64,000 nt of DNA, taken from NCBI GenBank assembly GCA_951406725.2, contig OX597821.1, positions 39,184,001 to 39,248,000 on the forward strand, given 5' to 3'. Origin of the DNA: Octopus vulgaris (lineage: Eukaryota). The translations under genes were made by a program, and so were the position numbers. Under the pieces are notes generated by a model. It was given only the letters and a program-made list of their open reading frames with translations, did not search any database and was not told where the DNA came from. Positions 14,361-26,235 of the stretch are shown here, piece after piece (position 1 is the stretch's first letter; each line of letters starts with the position of its first letter).

Positions 14361-14900
14361 CCCTGATGCAGTACCAGGCAGTGGCTTTCATGGCTTCTGG
14401 TCTTAACTGATTGGAAGTGTTACCATGTACATTGTTTCGTCTTAGTACAGCAAATATTCTACTCAATACCACAGATTTGCTTGTAAGAAGATTGACCTTA
14501 ACCAGTTGAGCATGTCGCTTGGTGGCTGACGATATGTGCATCTCTGATCCTGAGCAGAAGTAGTGGGGGAGCATCATAGCCATGTGTTGAAAGAAATTCT
14601 TTGGAGTTTGGATAATTCACATTTGGAAACATGGGTGTTTTGTTCAACATTCTTAAACAAACCTTATTCAGGGGTCTTTTGAGTAGGATGGGCTACTCAA
14701 CCTGAAGAAAATTCTAACTAGGCCCCACCTGCAAGGTCATGCACTGTTTATCTTGATATGGGATCACCATGTCATGCACATATGGTTGTGATGCATGCAT
14801 CTAGTGTACCCTTATCAGACAAGTAGCCATGGTGGGTATACTGGGCTTCGTATATTTTACCCCAGTGTCACTTTGCTGGCATGCACTGCTCTCTCACTCA
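14361..14900 (+). mobile_element. Family D: ~550-bp non-coding element embedded in (AAT)n
   Basis: Runs CCCTGATGCAGTACCAGGCAGTGG to GCACTGCTCTCTCACTCA with (AAT)n on both sides. Highly similar copies at 19190-19740, 59072-59540 and 59562-60116 (opposite strand), partials at 47065-47235 and 57790-57925. Confidence 0.85.
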
Positions 14901-14924
14901 ATAATAATAATAATAATTATGTTA

Positions 14925-15122
14925 TTTCGAATTTTGGCCCAGGGCCAACAAGTTGGTGGACATTGATCAAGTAAATCATTTCCAGTGCTCAACTGGTATT
15001 TATTTTATTGGCTCCCAAAAGGATAAAAGGCAAAATCAACCTTGGCAGAATTTGAACTTGGAATGTAAAAAGCTAGAAGGAATGTCACATTTTGTCTGGA
15101 GCACAAGTGACTCTGCCAGCTT
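14925..15122 (-). mobile_element. SINE family A, degenerate copy
   Basis: CCAGTGCTCAACTGGTATT..AAAAGGATAAAAGGCAAAATCAACCTTGGCAGAATTTGAAC matches the family A reverse complement. Confidence 0.7.
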
Positions 15123-15902
15123 TGCTTCTTAGTAACAACTGTAATGATGATGATGATGATGATGATGACCACACTATAAATCATATCTGAAATGCATAAA
15201 GAAAATATCTCTAATTATTCACTTGAAAGCTTTTTAACTGTGAAAGTAGCAAAGAAGTGTAAGTAATCTAGTGTTTAACTCTGAACAAAATAAATTAGCA
15301 AGGAATCTTATTACAATTCTGTTTCAGTACATATTGTCATCTCTTCAGAGAAAATACACTCTTTATTTCTCAGTTATCCAGAGAAATGATAATTCATATC
15401 ACTCTGTCTGTTTGTCAACCTACGTGAGAATCTTAAAAGAAGTATCATAAATTTTCATGTAATACGTTAATAGTATATGTAATTAAGCAACATAGTTTTT
15501 GTTGAACACAGCTTAAAATTCATATCTGAAATGTGCAATATATTAATATCGAACTGAAAAATAAAGGATGCAGTTTCTCTGAAAAGGAAGTGACAACCTC
15601 CAGAACAAGTCTATTAGAAAATACCCTGTTCTTTCTCTGTTTACTAAAGAGAAACATTAGGATGTTTACATCTCAATCGGAACTTCATAGCTAAAGGGCT
15701 TCGATGCAAATAGATATTTCTACATTATATAAGTTTGCAGTAAAACAGTGATGATGGCAACAACAACAACAACGACGATGATGATGAGATGATGATGGTG
15801 GTAGTGGTGATGGTTATGATGATGATGATTATGATCATTCCCAAGTATACACCTGGTACCTACTTTATCACCTCAGAGGGATAGAAGGCAAAGTTGACAT
15901 TC

Positions 15903-16112
15903 TTTTACTCTTTTACTTGTTTCAGTCATTTCGACTGTGGCCATGCTGGAGCACCGCCTTTAGTCGAACAAATTGACCCCTGGACTTATTCTTTGTAAGC
16001 CTAGTACTTTATTCTATCAGTCATTTTTGCTGAACCGCTAAGTTATGGGGACATAAACACACCACCATCAATTGTCAAGTGATGTTGGTGGGACAAACAC
16101 AAACACAAATAC

Positions 16113-16143
<31 letters not shown>

Positions 16144-16310
16144 CATATATATGATGGGCTTCTTTTAGTTTTTCCGTCTACCAAGTCCACTCACAAGGCT
16201 TTGGTTGGCCCAAGGCTATAGCAGAAGACACTTGCCCAAAGTGCCATGCAGTGGGAATGAACCCGGAACATGTGGTTGGTAAGCAAGCTACTTACCACAC
16301 AGCCACTCCT
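15903..16310 (-). mobile_element. tRNA-derived SINE family B with internal (TA)/(CA) microsatellite
   Basis: Minus-strand head AGGAGTGGCTGTGTGGTAAG (A box) ... GGTTCATTCC (B box), AAAAGAGT tail. Near-identical to 21003-21391, 24046-24476 and 27081-27480. Confidence 0.9.
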
Positions 16311-17715
16311 TGGTGAAATTTTAATACAGAAAAATCTGAGATTCTATGAAATATATTTAGCTTGTATGTACTGTTGTATATAAGGACAGTACTCCAGCAT
16401 GGCCTTAGCCCCTGACAGAAACCAGTAAAGTTAAAGTAGAGTCTACCACACATGTTAGATTAGTTGTTATTGTTGCAGCCACCATAATTGCAGTTGTTGT
16501 TATTTCTCTTCGTTCTGATTTCTCTTGTTTTTGTTTTTGCACCACAACTGCCGCTGCCACCACCACCATCACCACCACCACTACCACCACAGTTGATATT
16601 CTTGTACTTGCTAAAGGGACTGCTACTGCTGCTGCTGTTGTTGCTATAACAATGTTTGGTTACATCACTTTATTGAAATAGCAGAGTTTTCCTGAGTGTT
16701 GCTTGTGGCATCAATAAGTTGTAGAAAACAGGAATTACCTTCCAATACAAAGATCAGTATTTGAGTTTAATAAGCTATCTCTTGTAATCAGCAACAAACA
16801 AACTAGCTGTGTTAGTAGCATACCAGTAACTAGTGGTAGTTCTTGAAAACAAGATGTTTTCTTTGCTTGGAATATTTTGTTATTCTTTTGTAACAAGACT
16901 TGAGAAATACCTTCAAACGATGCTCAAATAATCGTGACTGCCTTATCAAAACCAACATATCTCTTAGCAGAATTAAAATATTTTTGGGACAATACTGTAT
17001 TCCTTTCACATCTTTAAATCACCTCATTCTTGGCTTCAATGGTAGAATCTCTTTTACTAGATGTCACCAGAATCCATGGTGTTCTAGTAATATTTAAAAC
17101 AGAGTCTTTGGATGCCACTAGAAGCAGTGAAGTTCTCTGCACTGCTAAATTCCAATTGTCAGTTTAGACTAGAAATGCAATGCAATAATGATTCAATTTT
17201 ACAAATAGATTTTTGCTTTATCATTCTTTCTTTGTGCAAGGAAGGTAATAATTTTTTTATTAGTTCATTGTTTTTGGTCTTCTTGTTGCTTTACTTTCAT
17301 CTGAATTCTTATTGTTGTCTCTTTACTTGTTATTCTTTGTTATGCTTCTTGATGTTGTTGTTGTTTCTGTCTTTTTATTTGTTCTCATTTTCCTTTTTTT
17401 TTTTTGTGTATGTGATTCTTAGCTCTCTTCCGCTTTTATCTTGGATCCAAGTCAGATGAAATCCGTAAAAGGCATACATCAACCATGAACACTGAAATAT
17501 TTTTTTTTTGATGCAGTTTGTTTAGCTCTGTAGTTATTTATTTGTTACTTGAATATTTATTATTTTATTTGTTTATTCTGCTATCCTTTCTGAGCAGTAA
17601 TTATTAGTTAAAGATTGACTGTGATGTTCAACATTTCTTTGGTTATTCTCTCTTACAGGAAGACAATGGAAATAGATGAGCAGTGGTGCAGTTAGGTGCA
17701 ACAGCAGAACTACTA

Positions 17716-17793
17716 CTAGTAGTAGTAGTAGTAGTAATTATTGTAGCACTAGTGCTGGCAACTGTGGCTATGTTAGCAATGAAATGGTGGTAT

Positions 17794-17846
<53 letters not shown>

Positions 17847-17873
17847 ATGGTAGTAGTAGTAGTAATGGTGGTG

Positions 17874-17942
<69 letters not shown>

Positions 17943-17960
17943 ATGGTGGTAGTAGTAGGT
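17716..17960. repeat. (TAG)n/(TGG)n trinucleotide microsatellite
   Basis: Directly visible. Accounts for the poly-V/T/L/Y ORFs in the track. Confidence 0.95.
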
Positions 17961-18703
17961 GGGGGATAAGAAAGAAAGAAAGAAAGATTTTCCTGTAGGC
18001 ATTGCATGGCAGCATTTATTGAGACGTATTTATGTTGTGTATATGAACTGGTATTTGTGTGTGTATATGTTATATAAACTGATAAACTACTCACATATTT
18101 AACACACAGGTGAAGTAAATTCAGTCCTGAAATTCCGCCATTTTTGCTGATCTATTTAAAATCTTTGCTACTCTTCACTGGTGTTATAGTGCAATTGGTT
18201 TCATGTGAAAGCAGGAGGAGATGTGACATTCAAAATTCTTTCCCCCAAGCCATATCAAGTGAAATAGATTCAAAGATGTATCTTTTGTACATATCTCTGT
18301 TTAATCACATATGTCAGATATAATTACATAGACATTTATAGATGGTTGCATGTGTATTGATGTGTGTGTGTGTATGTGTATGTGTGAGTAAGTATGTATT
18401 TATGTATGTACCTAGATATAATTCCTAGATGCATGGACTCCATTCAGTTGATAGACACAAACAAATGCTCACATCCATGTATAGGTTAAGAGTTGAACAA
18501 GTTAGAAAATTCAACATTTGTAGAAGAAATACTAAACATGAATTTTTCTGGCTGTTTCTATTCTGGACACAAGTCCTGCTAAGATCGACTTAGCCTTTCA
18601 TCCATTTGGGATTGATAAAATAAGTGTCAGTCAATTACTGAAGGTGATGTAATCAACTTCCCCTCCCTCAAAATTTCAAGCCTTGTGCCAACTGTAGAAA
18701 GAA

Positions 18704-18753
<50 letters not shown>

Positions 18754-18789
18754 TATTTAGCATCTGTCTTCTATGCTGGGTTGGACAGA

Positions 18790-19190
18790 TTGGCACCCAT
18801 GAAAGTGGCATGTTAAAAGCACCATTTGAGCATGATCATTGCCAGTGCTGCCTGACTGGTTCCTGTGCTGGGGGCATGTAAAAAGCACTGTTTGAATGTG
18901 ATCCTTGCCAGTGCCACTTGACTGGCTCCTGTGCTGGTGGCACGGAAAAAATACTAGTCAAGCATGGTTGTTGCCAGTGCTGCCTGACTGGCTCTCATGC
19001 TGGTAGCACATAAAAATCACTGACTAAACTCTGCTGAGTGGTTGGCGTTAGGAAGGGTATCCAGCTGTAGAAACTTTGCCAGATGAGATAGGAGCCTGAT
19101 GCAGCCTTCTGGCTTGCCAGCCCTCAGTCAAACCGTCCAACCCATGCTAGCATGGAAAGCGGACGTTAAACGATGATGATGATGATTATT
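18790..19190 (+). mobile_element. SINE family C
   Basis: Minisatellite units, then GGCGTTAGGAAGGGTATCCAGCTGTAGAAAC ... GGACGTTAAACGATGATGAT. Confidence 0.85.
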
Positions 19191-19740
19191 GAGTGAGAGA
19201 GCAGTGCATGCCAGCAAAGTGACACTGGGGTAAAATATACAATGCCCAGTATACCCATCATGACTACCCATTTAATAAGGGTACACCTGGCACATGCATC
19301 AGAACCACATGTGCACGACATGGTGATCCCATATCAAGATAAGCAGTGCATGACCTTGCAGATGGGGCCCAATTAGAAATTTCTTCAGGTTGAATAACCC
19401 ATCCTGCTCAAAAGATCTCTGAATAAGGGTTGTTTAAGAATGTTGAACAAAACACCCGTGTTTCCAAAGGTAGATTATCCAAACTCCAAAGAATTCCTCT
19501 CAACACATGGTTATGATGCTCCCCCACCACTTCTGCTCATAATCAGAGATGTACATATTGTCTACTACTGAGGGAAATGCTCAACTGGTTAAGGTCAAAT
19601 AACTGTCATGCAAATCTGTGGTATTGAGCAGAATATTTGCTGTAGCCCATCTTTTATACCCAGACAAAACATGTACATGATAACACTTCCAATCAGTTAC
19701 GGTCAGAGGTAATGAAAGCCAATGCTTGGTACTACATCCA
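19190..19740 (-). mobile_element. Family D element
   Basis: Reverse complement of 14361-14900. Confidence 0.85.
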
Positions 19741-20444
19741 CTATTGCTAACATCATTTTCATCATCATATTCCTTATTATTGCTATTAATCAGCTCCATG
19801 TGCTTTGGGTATGTACAGTGTTTTATTCTGGTTTTGATACGTTTTACAACAGTCAAAGTCCATTTTCTGTATTGTGCCTATTTATATGTCCTGTAAGTTA
19901 GGTTATATATTTATATGCAAAGAAAGGAAGCAATTCACAGCAACAATGCTCTTCTCAATGCATTAGACATATACCATTTGAAACAATCTTTTGCACTTCT
20001 TGCATGGATGGCAGACTGTGGACCCATCCTCCACAACAGTTCTGGTGTCACAAAAAAAAGCACTCTGTAAAGTGATTGGCATTAGGAAGGGCATCCAGGT
20101 GTTGAAACCGAGCCAAAGCACATTGGAACCTGGTTCAGCCCCTGGCCTTGCATCTCCTTACAAACCAACCAGGAAAAATGGATGTTAAAATGATGATGAT
20201 GATTATTGTTTGTTAGACTGATACTGTGCTTAGGAGGTACTTCCTTTTCTAATGGTTCTTGATGACTTTGTCTAGTCAATTATCTTTGATTTAACTGTCT
20301 GCATGGATTGGCATAACTCTGAGACTAGCCACTGTCTTATACCGCCTCTCTCCTGCTGCTATTTCATAATGCTGACATAACCTCTGCTACATTATTTACA
20401 TTATTTACAATTGACAGATATTTACCCTCACCTTGTTTGTTGTC

Positions 20445-20490
20445 AACACAATGTTTCAGCTGATATACGCTCCAGCCTTCATCAGGTGCC
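20445..20490 (-). ncRNA. Minimal type I hammerhead ribozyme motif (this copy probably impaired)
   Basis: Minus strand reads GGCAC-CTGATGA-A-GGCTG-gagcgtatat-CAGCT-GAAAC-ATT-GTGTT. Core CUGAUGA/GAAA, stem II GGCUG/CAGCU, stem I GCAC/GUGU. The stem III palindrome reads AACATT instead of AACGTT, a CpG-type change. Confidence 0.75.
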
Positions 20491-20606
20491 TTGGGGAAAT
20501 TTCCAACCTGGGTTATCATTCCTAATGTGTTTTTCGATGTTGTTGTTGTGGTTGTTATTATTATTATTTTTTCCTTCTTTCTTCAAATTTTCTTCCGTTT
20601 CTTGCC

Positions 20607-20667
<61 letters not shown>

Positions 20668-20680
20668 CATTATTATTATT

Positions 20681-20831
20681 CAGGTCACTGCCTAGAATTG
20701 AACTCAGAATCTTGGGGGTTAGTAGCCCGCACTCTTAACCACTACGCCATATGCCTATGGGCATATGGCATAGTGGTTAAGAGTGCAGGCTGCTAACCCC
20801 AAGATTCTAAGTTCGATTCCAGGCAGTGACT

Positions 20832-20833
<2 letters not shown>
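20681..20833. repeat. Head-to-head inverted pair of tRNA-like (Pol III) heads
   Basis: Palindrome centred at 20757/20758. The right arm GGCATATGGCATAGTGGTTAAGAGTGCAGGCTGCTAACCCCAAGATTCTAAGTTCGATTCC has A box TGGCATAGTGG, B box GTTCGATTCC and an anticodon-loop-like CT-GCT-AA. The left arm is its reverse complement with a few substitutions and one indel. Flanked by (TAT)n and (AAT)n. Confidence 0.85.
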
Positions 20834-20879
<46 letters not shown>

Positions 20880-21002
20880 TCAAACAAGATGAGGACAAAT
20901 ATCCGTCAAATGTAAATAATGTAAATAATTCCTCATCTCTTAAATATCGAACTGTATAACCTCTAGTGTTTGCTAGCTCCACATCTCATATGCCTATACT
21001 CT

Positions 21003-21391
21003 CTTTTACTCTTTTCAGTCATTTGACTGCGGCCATGCTAGAGCACCACCTTTAGTCGAGCAAATCGACCCCGGGACTTATTCTTTGTAAGCCCAGTACT
21101 TATTCTATCGGTCTCTTTTGCTGAACCGCTAAGTGACGGGTACGTAAACACACCAGCATGCTAGAGGGACAAACACAGACACACAAACATATACACACAC
21201 ATACATATATATATATATACATATATACGTCAGGCTTCTTTCAGTTTCCGTCTACCAAATCCACTCACAAGGCTTTGGTCGACTTGAAACTATAGCAGAA
21301 GACACTTGCCCAAGATGCCACGCAGTGGGACTGAACCCAGAACCATGTGGTTGGTTAGCAAGCTACTTACCACACAGCCACTCCTGCGCCT
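21003..21391 (-). mobile_element. SINE family B
   Basis: Near-identical to 15903-16310. Confidence 0.9.
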
Positions 21392-22029
21392 ATAGATGCA
21401 TTCTTCGATGGCTAAATCTGGATAACCAGAGGAAATGTGGTTAATGAATCCTTGTTTCTTGACTTATTATATTTTGCTTCATTACATACTTTTAAGGGTT
21501 TCTAATGGGAAAACTATGTTCGTATGCTACAATCTAGAATCTTTCAGACTCAGCTTGAAGTTCTATGTTAATGCTTATTTTATTATGATTGGTGTCATTG
21601 TTGTTGTTGTTAGTTGTAGTAGAAGTAGTAGTGGTTATAGTAGTAGTAGTAGTAGTATCGTTAGTGATTCTCAATTTGCTGCAATATTTAATGCATTAGA
21701 TGATCCATAAAAACGCCAAGATATATTTGATGCTTCTAGTAAGCATTCGAATCACTGGAAACATTATGAAAAGAGTGTCACAAATTCAAATGTTAGATCT
21801 GTTAAATGAATCAGGAAATGATCCAATTTATTACATTTATCCTCTGATAAAATAAACACTTCTTCCTATTGCATTACATTTATTCTCATTCATTTTCAAC
21901 ATCATGTTTTCTCTCTCTCCCTCTCCGTCTCTTTCTCTTTCCCTCTTCTCACTCTCTCTTATATATTATGAAATAAATATAAATAGTCTAATATTGAGGC
22001 AAGTCCCCCAAACTGTTCAAAATACACAA

Positions 22030-22290
22030 TAGACACCATAAAATATTCAATTACTATCCTAACAGGAATATCAGAGAACTGGTTTTAACAAGATAATCCA
22101 CAGAAACAATTCAATATCCACCCATCAGCAAAATACTGCAAAACACGATACACTACCGAGGCAGAAGACCAGAAAAACCTCTTCTGAATCTCATCTTATC
22201 AAACATCAAGTAAACGATTGATAAACTAGTCTTGATTACATGATAGTTATAGGAGATGAATATTAATAAGACTATTTCCAAATGATTTCA
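22030..22290 (+). mobile_element. Very degenerate LINE APE-endonuclease remnant
   Basis: Translation ILTGISENWF*QDNPQKQFNI ... LDYMIVIGD resembles the APE motifs I.ISETWL and I.I.GDFN. Confidence 0.4.
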
Positions 22291-22430
22291 AGCTCTCATT
22301 TATTTAACATCCCATTTCATGAACAGAATCGTCAACAGATTCAGGTTTTCATTCGACCAATTTTTGATCTGTTATCTTTCTTTCTGGTGATGAGAGTGAC
22401 TCAGAGTTTGCTTATTCTTTTGCTTTCTCA

Positions 22431-23193
22431 TTGATGTTTTTTTTTTTTTTTACCACTAAAAGCTTAAAGCTCCTTCTCATGCCATAGAGATTCATAAAGC
22501 TGGTTTCCTGGTTTCTGTGGGGTATATTTTCTATTCTGGTTGATGTTTGTATTTTTTTTACCACTAAAAGCTTAAAGCTCCTTCTCATGCCATAGAGATT
22601 CATAAAGCTGGTTTCCTGGTTTCTGTGGGGTATATTTTCTATTCTGGTTGATGTTTGTATTTTTTTTACCACTAAAAGCTTAAAGCTCCTTCTCATGCCA
22701 TAGAGATTCATAAAGCTGGTTTCCTGGTTTCTGTGGGGTATATTTTCTATTCTGGTTGATGTTTGTATTTTTTTTACCACTAAAAGCTTAAAGCTCCTTC
22801 TCATGCCATAGAGATTCATAAAGCTGGTTTCCTGGTTTCTGTGGGGTATATTTTCTATTCTGGTTGATGTTTGTATTTTTTTTTACCACTAAAAGCTTAA
22901 AGCTCCTTTTCATGCCATAGAGATTCATAAAGCTGGTTTCCTGGTTTCTGTGGGGTATATTTTCTATTCTGGTTGATGCTTGTATTTTTTTTTACCACTA
23001 AAAGCTTAAAGCTCCTTCTCATGCCATAGAGATTCATAAAGCTGGTTTCCTGGTTTCTGTGGGGTATATTTTCTATTCTGGTTGATGCTTGTATTTTTTT
23101 TTACCACTAAAAGCTTAAAGCTCCTTCTCATGCCATAGAGATTCATAAAGCTGGTTTCCTGGTTTCTGTGGGGTATATTTTCTATTCTGGTTG
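22431..23193. repeat. Tandem array, 7 copies of a 108-109-bp unit
   Basis: ACCACTAAAAGC recurs at 22452, 22560, 22668, 22776, 22885, 22994 and 23103. Units differ only in T-run length and a few substitutions. Confidence 0.97.
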
Positions 23194-24045
23194 GGACGCT
23201 GCTCTGTCAAAGGAACACTCATTTCTGTCTGCTGAGTGAACTGGAGTAATATGAAATGACTTGTTTTGCTCAAGAACACAATGCAATGCCTGGTCCAGGA
23301 ATCGAAACCACAAACTTATGTTTATGAGTACAACACCATAACTAAGCCACATGCCCCACTCTTAGCAATGTATGCTTGCAGAATCTCTACATACATGCAG
23401 GCAAGTCTACACACACACACAATGAAATCTCCCACTGATTTTAACATATGAACATCCAGCTGTTCAAGCTAATGCTCTACTAACTGAGTGCAGTGTGGTT
23501 GGGTATTCCATAGATGTTTGAGCTGTTAACACACACAAATATTTTCACATAGCATCTGTCTAGTAAATTCCTCTCACATGATCTAGAAGAACTGATTTGG
23601 TTGTTTGAGAAGGTTGGCACCTCACATATATGCAAAGCATTTTTGTTTGCAAGAATCTTTTATTGTTTTCTTTTTTCTTCACTTTACCATCTTTGAAACT
23701 ACTGAAGTAGTTTTAGGACAGAAATTCGGTTATTATTTAAATAATTTTAATTAATTGTAACTCTGATGTAAGCACTAATTAAAGAAGAAATTCCGGTTGT
23801 CACTCTTGCTTTTGTTTGTTCTTATTAAGTATTGATCAACAATATTTATCTCCCCTTGAAATAGCAATTGCCTTGTTTAATTAAAATTTTTGTATTTCAT
23901 CAGATTAATTACTGCAAATGTATAATGAACCCTAATTTACCACAAAAACTCATGTTGAAAATTATTATAAATTTGGGTGACAATTGCTCTGAGTTTTCGT
24001 TTCACAAAACTCTCAAGTTTACATTCCCTGGCCATTATTCACATA

Positions 24046-24205
24046 GAGAGGAGTGGCTGTGTGGTAAGTAGCTTGCTTACCAACCACATGGTTCCGGGTT
24101 TAGTCTCACTGCATGGCACCTTGGGCAAGTGTTTTCTACTATAGCCTCGGGCAACCAAAGCCTTGTGAGTTGATTTGGTAGACAGAAATTGAAAGAAGCC
24201 TGTCG

Positions 24206-24248
<43 letters not shown>

Positions 24249-24476
24249 ATGTGTGTGTGAGTGTGTATATGTTTGTGTGTCTGTGTTTGTCCCCTCTCCA
24301 TTGCTTTATAACCGATGTTATGTGTTTGCATCCCTGTAAATTAGTGGGTTGGCAAAAGAAACCGATAGAATAAGTATTAGGCTTACAAAGAATAGGTCCT
24401 GGGTTCGATTTGTTCAACTAAAGTCGGTGCTCCAGCATGGCCACAGTCAAATGACTGAAACAATTAAAAGAATTCA
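24046..24476 (+). mobile_element. SINE family B
   Basis: GGAGTGGCTGTGTGGTAAGTAGCTTGCTTACCAACCACATGGTTCCGGGTTTAGTC head, internal (TA)(TG) tract and shared 3' end. Confidence 0.9.
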
Positions 24477-24562
24477 TTTAAGAAAAGGTGTGGAACATCT
24501 AAGGCTGACTGAAGTAGAGTTTGGTTCAAGCCAATAGAGTGGTCGATTTTTGAGATTAGAAT

Positions 24563-24741
24563 ATACTAGGGGCACCGAAAAGTTCCTGGCCTCAAGGGTG
24601 TCATGAAAGGCCTGATTGGAGGCTCAACCTTCCAAATTCTTTTACAAGGCGTAAAAAAACTGAAGGACTACTGTGATTAGTGTATGAATTTTAGAGGGGA
24701 ATATGTTGAATAAAATCATAATTAATTGATGCTCCTGTATT
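24563..24741 (+). mobile_element. mariner-derived non-autonomous element (internally deleted)
   Basis: TA followed by mariner-type TIR ctaggggcaccgaaaagttcctggc. Transposase C-terminal remnant FFYKA*KKLKDYCD*CMNFRGEYVE*. Confidence 0.65.
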
Positions 24742-24947
24742 CCATGCAGAATGGAATTTTGTTAGTGACCAGGTCACAGTTTCAAAGTGATGAAAAAATT
24801 TTGACAAATTGAATTTAAATGTTGAAGTGAATCTAATGGTTTTTGTGTGTTTTCAAATGGCTTATATAAACACCTTCTATGCTGCAATTGTTTTTGTTTC
24901 AGCACACTGTCTCAGATCAAGTCACTTGCTATGCAAGTACATATCTG

Positions 24948-24980
<33 letters not shown>

Positions 24981-24991
24981 GTGTGTGTGTG

Positions 24992-25161
24992 TGGCTCTCC
25001 ATCGGTTATGACAATGAGTGTTCCATTTGATCAAACGAACAATCAGTTTGTGAAATTGATGTGCAAGTAGCCAAGCACTCCACAGACATACCTTTAATGC
25101 TGCTCTCAAGGAAATTCAACATGATACAGAAAATGTCAAGGCTGGCATTTGGATAACAGGT
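24992..25161. mobile_element. SINE central-domain fragment (Nin/Deu-like)
   Basis: GGCTCTCCATCGGTTATGAC...GTGAAATTGATGTGCAAGTAGCCAAGCACTCCACAGACA resembles, from recall, the conserved Nin/Deu SINE core. Not verified by alignment. Confidence 0.45.
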
Positions 25162-25199
25162 TATTTGAATTGTTAATTGGGATTTTAGTAGAGAACTGT

Positions 25200-25600
25200 T
25201 TATATTTAGTCTAAGAGGAGGAGCAGTGATTCTATCTTTCTGCTCTTTATGAGAGCAAGATAGGTATAATTCTGTCGATGTGTTTGCAGTTACTGTACAT
25301 GGAATCAGAGCAAGTCTGGCCTGCTTTGGCCAAGGTTGCATGTAGCAATGTTTGGAAGGATATAGTTAGAAAAGAATAGAGTGGTTTTCTGTGTAGGAGT
25401 GGGCATTGTTGGAGGTAACTAAAGGTATGTTGTTCATGTATAAAAAGAAGTGTGCGGGAATGAAAACCAAACTCTGAGGCTGGCAAAGGTCAATAAGAGC
25501 TTCCTTAACATATATTAAGTTTGTGTGATCTGACAAGAAGCCACCAATTTGAGAGATGAAGTCCATAGGAAGTTAATTTAACAGGAGACTCCCGTGTGAG
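25200..25600 (-). mobile_element. Degenerate CR1/Jockey-group LINE RT fragment
   Basis: ORF 25366-25566 contains PQSLVFIPAHFFLYMNNIPLVTSNNAHSYTEN, aligning with RT motifs PQGSVLSPTLFLLYINDL...IHSYADD. The catalytic DD is lost. Confidence 0.6.
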
Positions 25601-25887
25601 ACACTTACAAAAGATTTGCTAATGTTGATAGCAGCAACACTGCTTTAAGTAAATTTCTTAAAACAAAAAGAAATAAAAGGAAGTAAATCTTGAGTAAACC
25701 TGTTTTTATTTTACAGGTTGTTGTTAAAGAGGAGGAAAACTTTCAAAGCTTTGGAGAAGGTTATTGTTGATGGTGATCTCCGTTGGATATGCTTTTAATT
25801 CTTTTTTTCTGAACTGTACAACTAACAGTACCTGGGAAACAATGAGTAAATTGTGTGACTTCTTGAGTACTGCTAGGCTGGCAAAAG

Positions 25888-26150
25888 ATCATCATCATCG
25901 TCATCATCATCATCATCATCATCGTTTAACATCCGTTTTCCGTGCTAGCACGGGTTGGACGGTTCGACCAGGGTCTGGGAAACCAGGAGGCTGCACCAGA
26001 CTCCAGTATGATCTGGCAGTGTTTTTACAGCTGGATGCCCTTCCTAATGCCAACCATTCCATGAGTGTAGTGGGTGCTTTTTATGTGCCAGGGGAGGCTG
26101 GCAGCGGCCACGATCGGTTGGTGCTTTTCACGTGCCACCGGCACAGAAGC
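25888..26150 (-). mobile_element. SINE family C
   Basis: (CAT)n CGTTTAACATCC ... GGATGCCCTTCCTAATGCC. Confidence 0.85.
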
Positions 26151-26235
26151 ATCAGAAAGCAATAAATAGTTTCAGTATTAACATACCTGGATCAGGTAAT
26201 GAACCTAGATCAGTGTAAACCAGATAGTCTGGTTG

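Larger units (their letters stand above)
20391..20945. mobile_element. Non-autonomous Penelope-like (pLTR) composite with inverted terminal arms
   Basis: 20391-20443 (attatttacattatttacaattgacagatatttaccctcaccttgtttgttgt) is the inverted counterpart of 20876-20929. The arms enclose a hammerhead motif and a tRNA-like palindrome. Confidence 0.7.

Noticed and set aside
17676-18094. Poly-V/T/L/Y ORFs, and likewise the YI-, I-, L- and H-rich ORFs elsewhere
   Set aside because: Translations of microsatellites.
20758-20833. Functional tRNA-Ser(GCT) gene
   Set aside because: The acceptor and anticodon stems do not pair properly, there is no long variable arm, and the mirrored arm reads ACT. It is a tRNA-derived head.
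22431-23193. CRISPR array or repeat-protein gene (135-aa ORF)
   Set aside because: No unique spacers, eukaryotic context, and the frame is broken by the 109-bp units.
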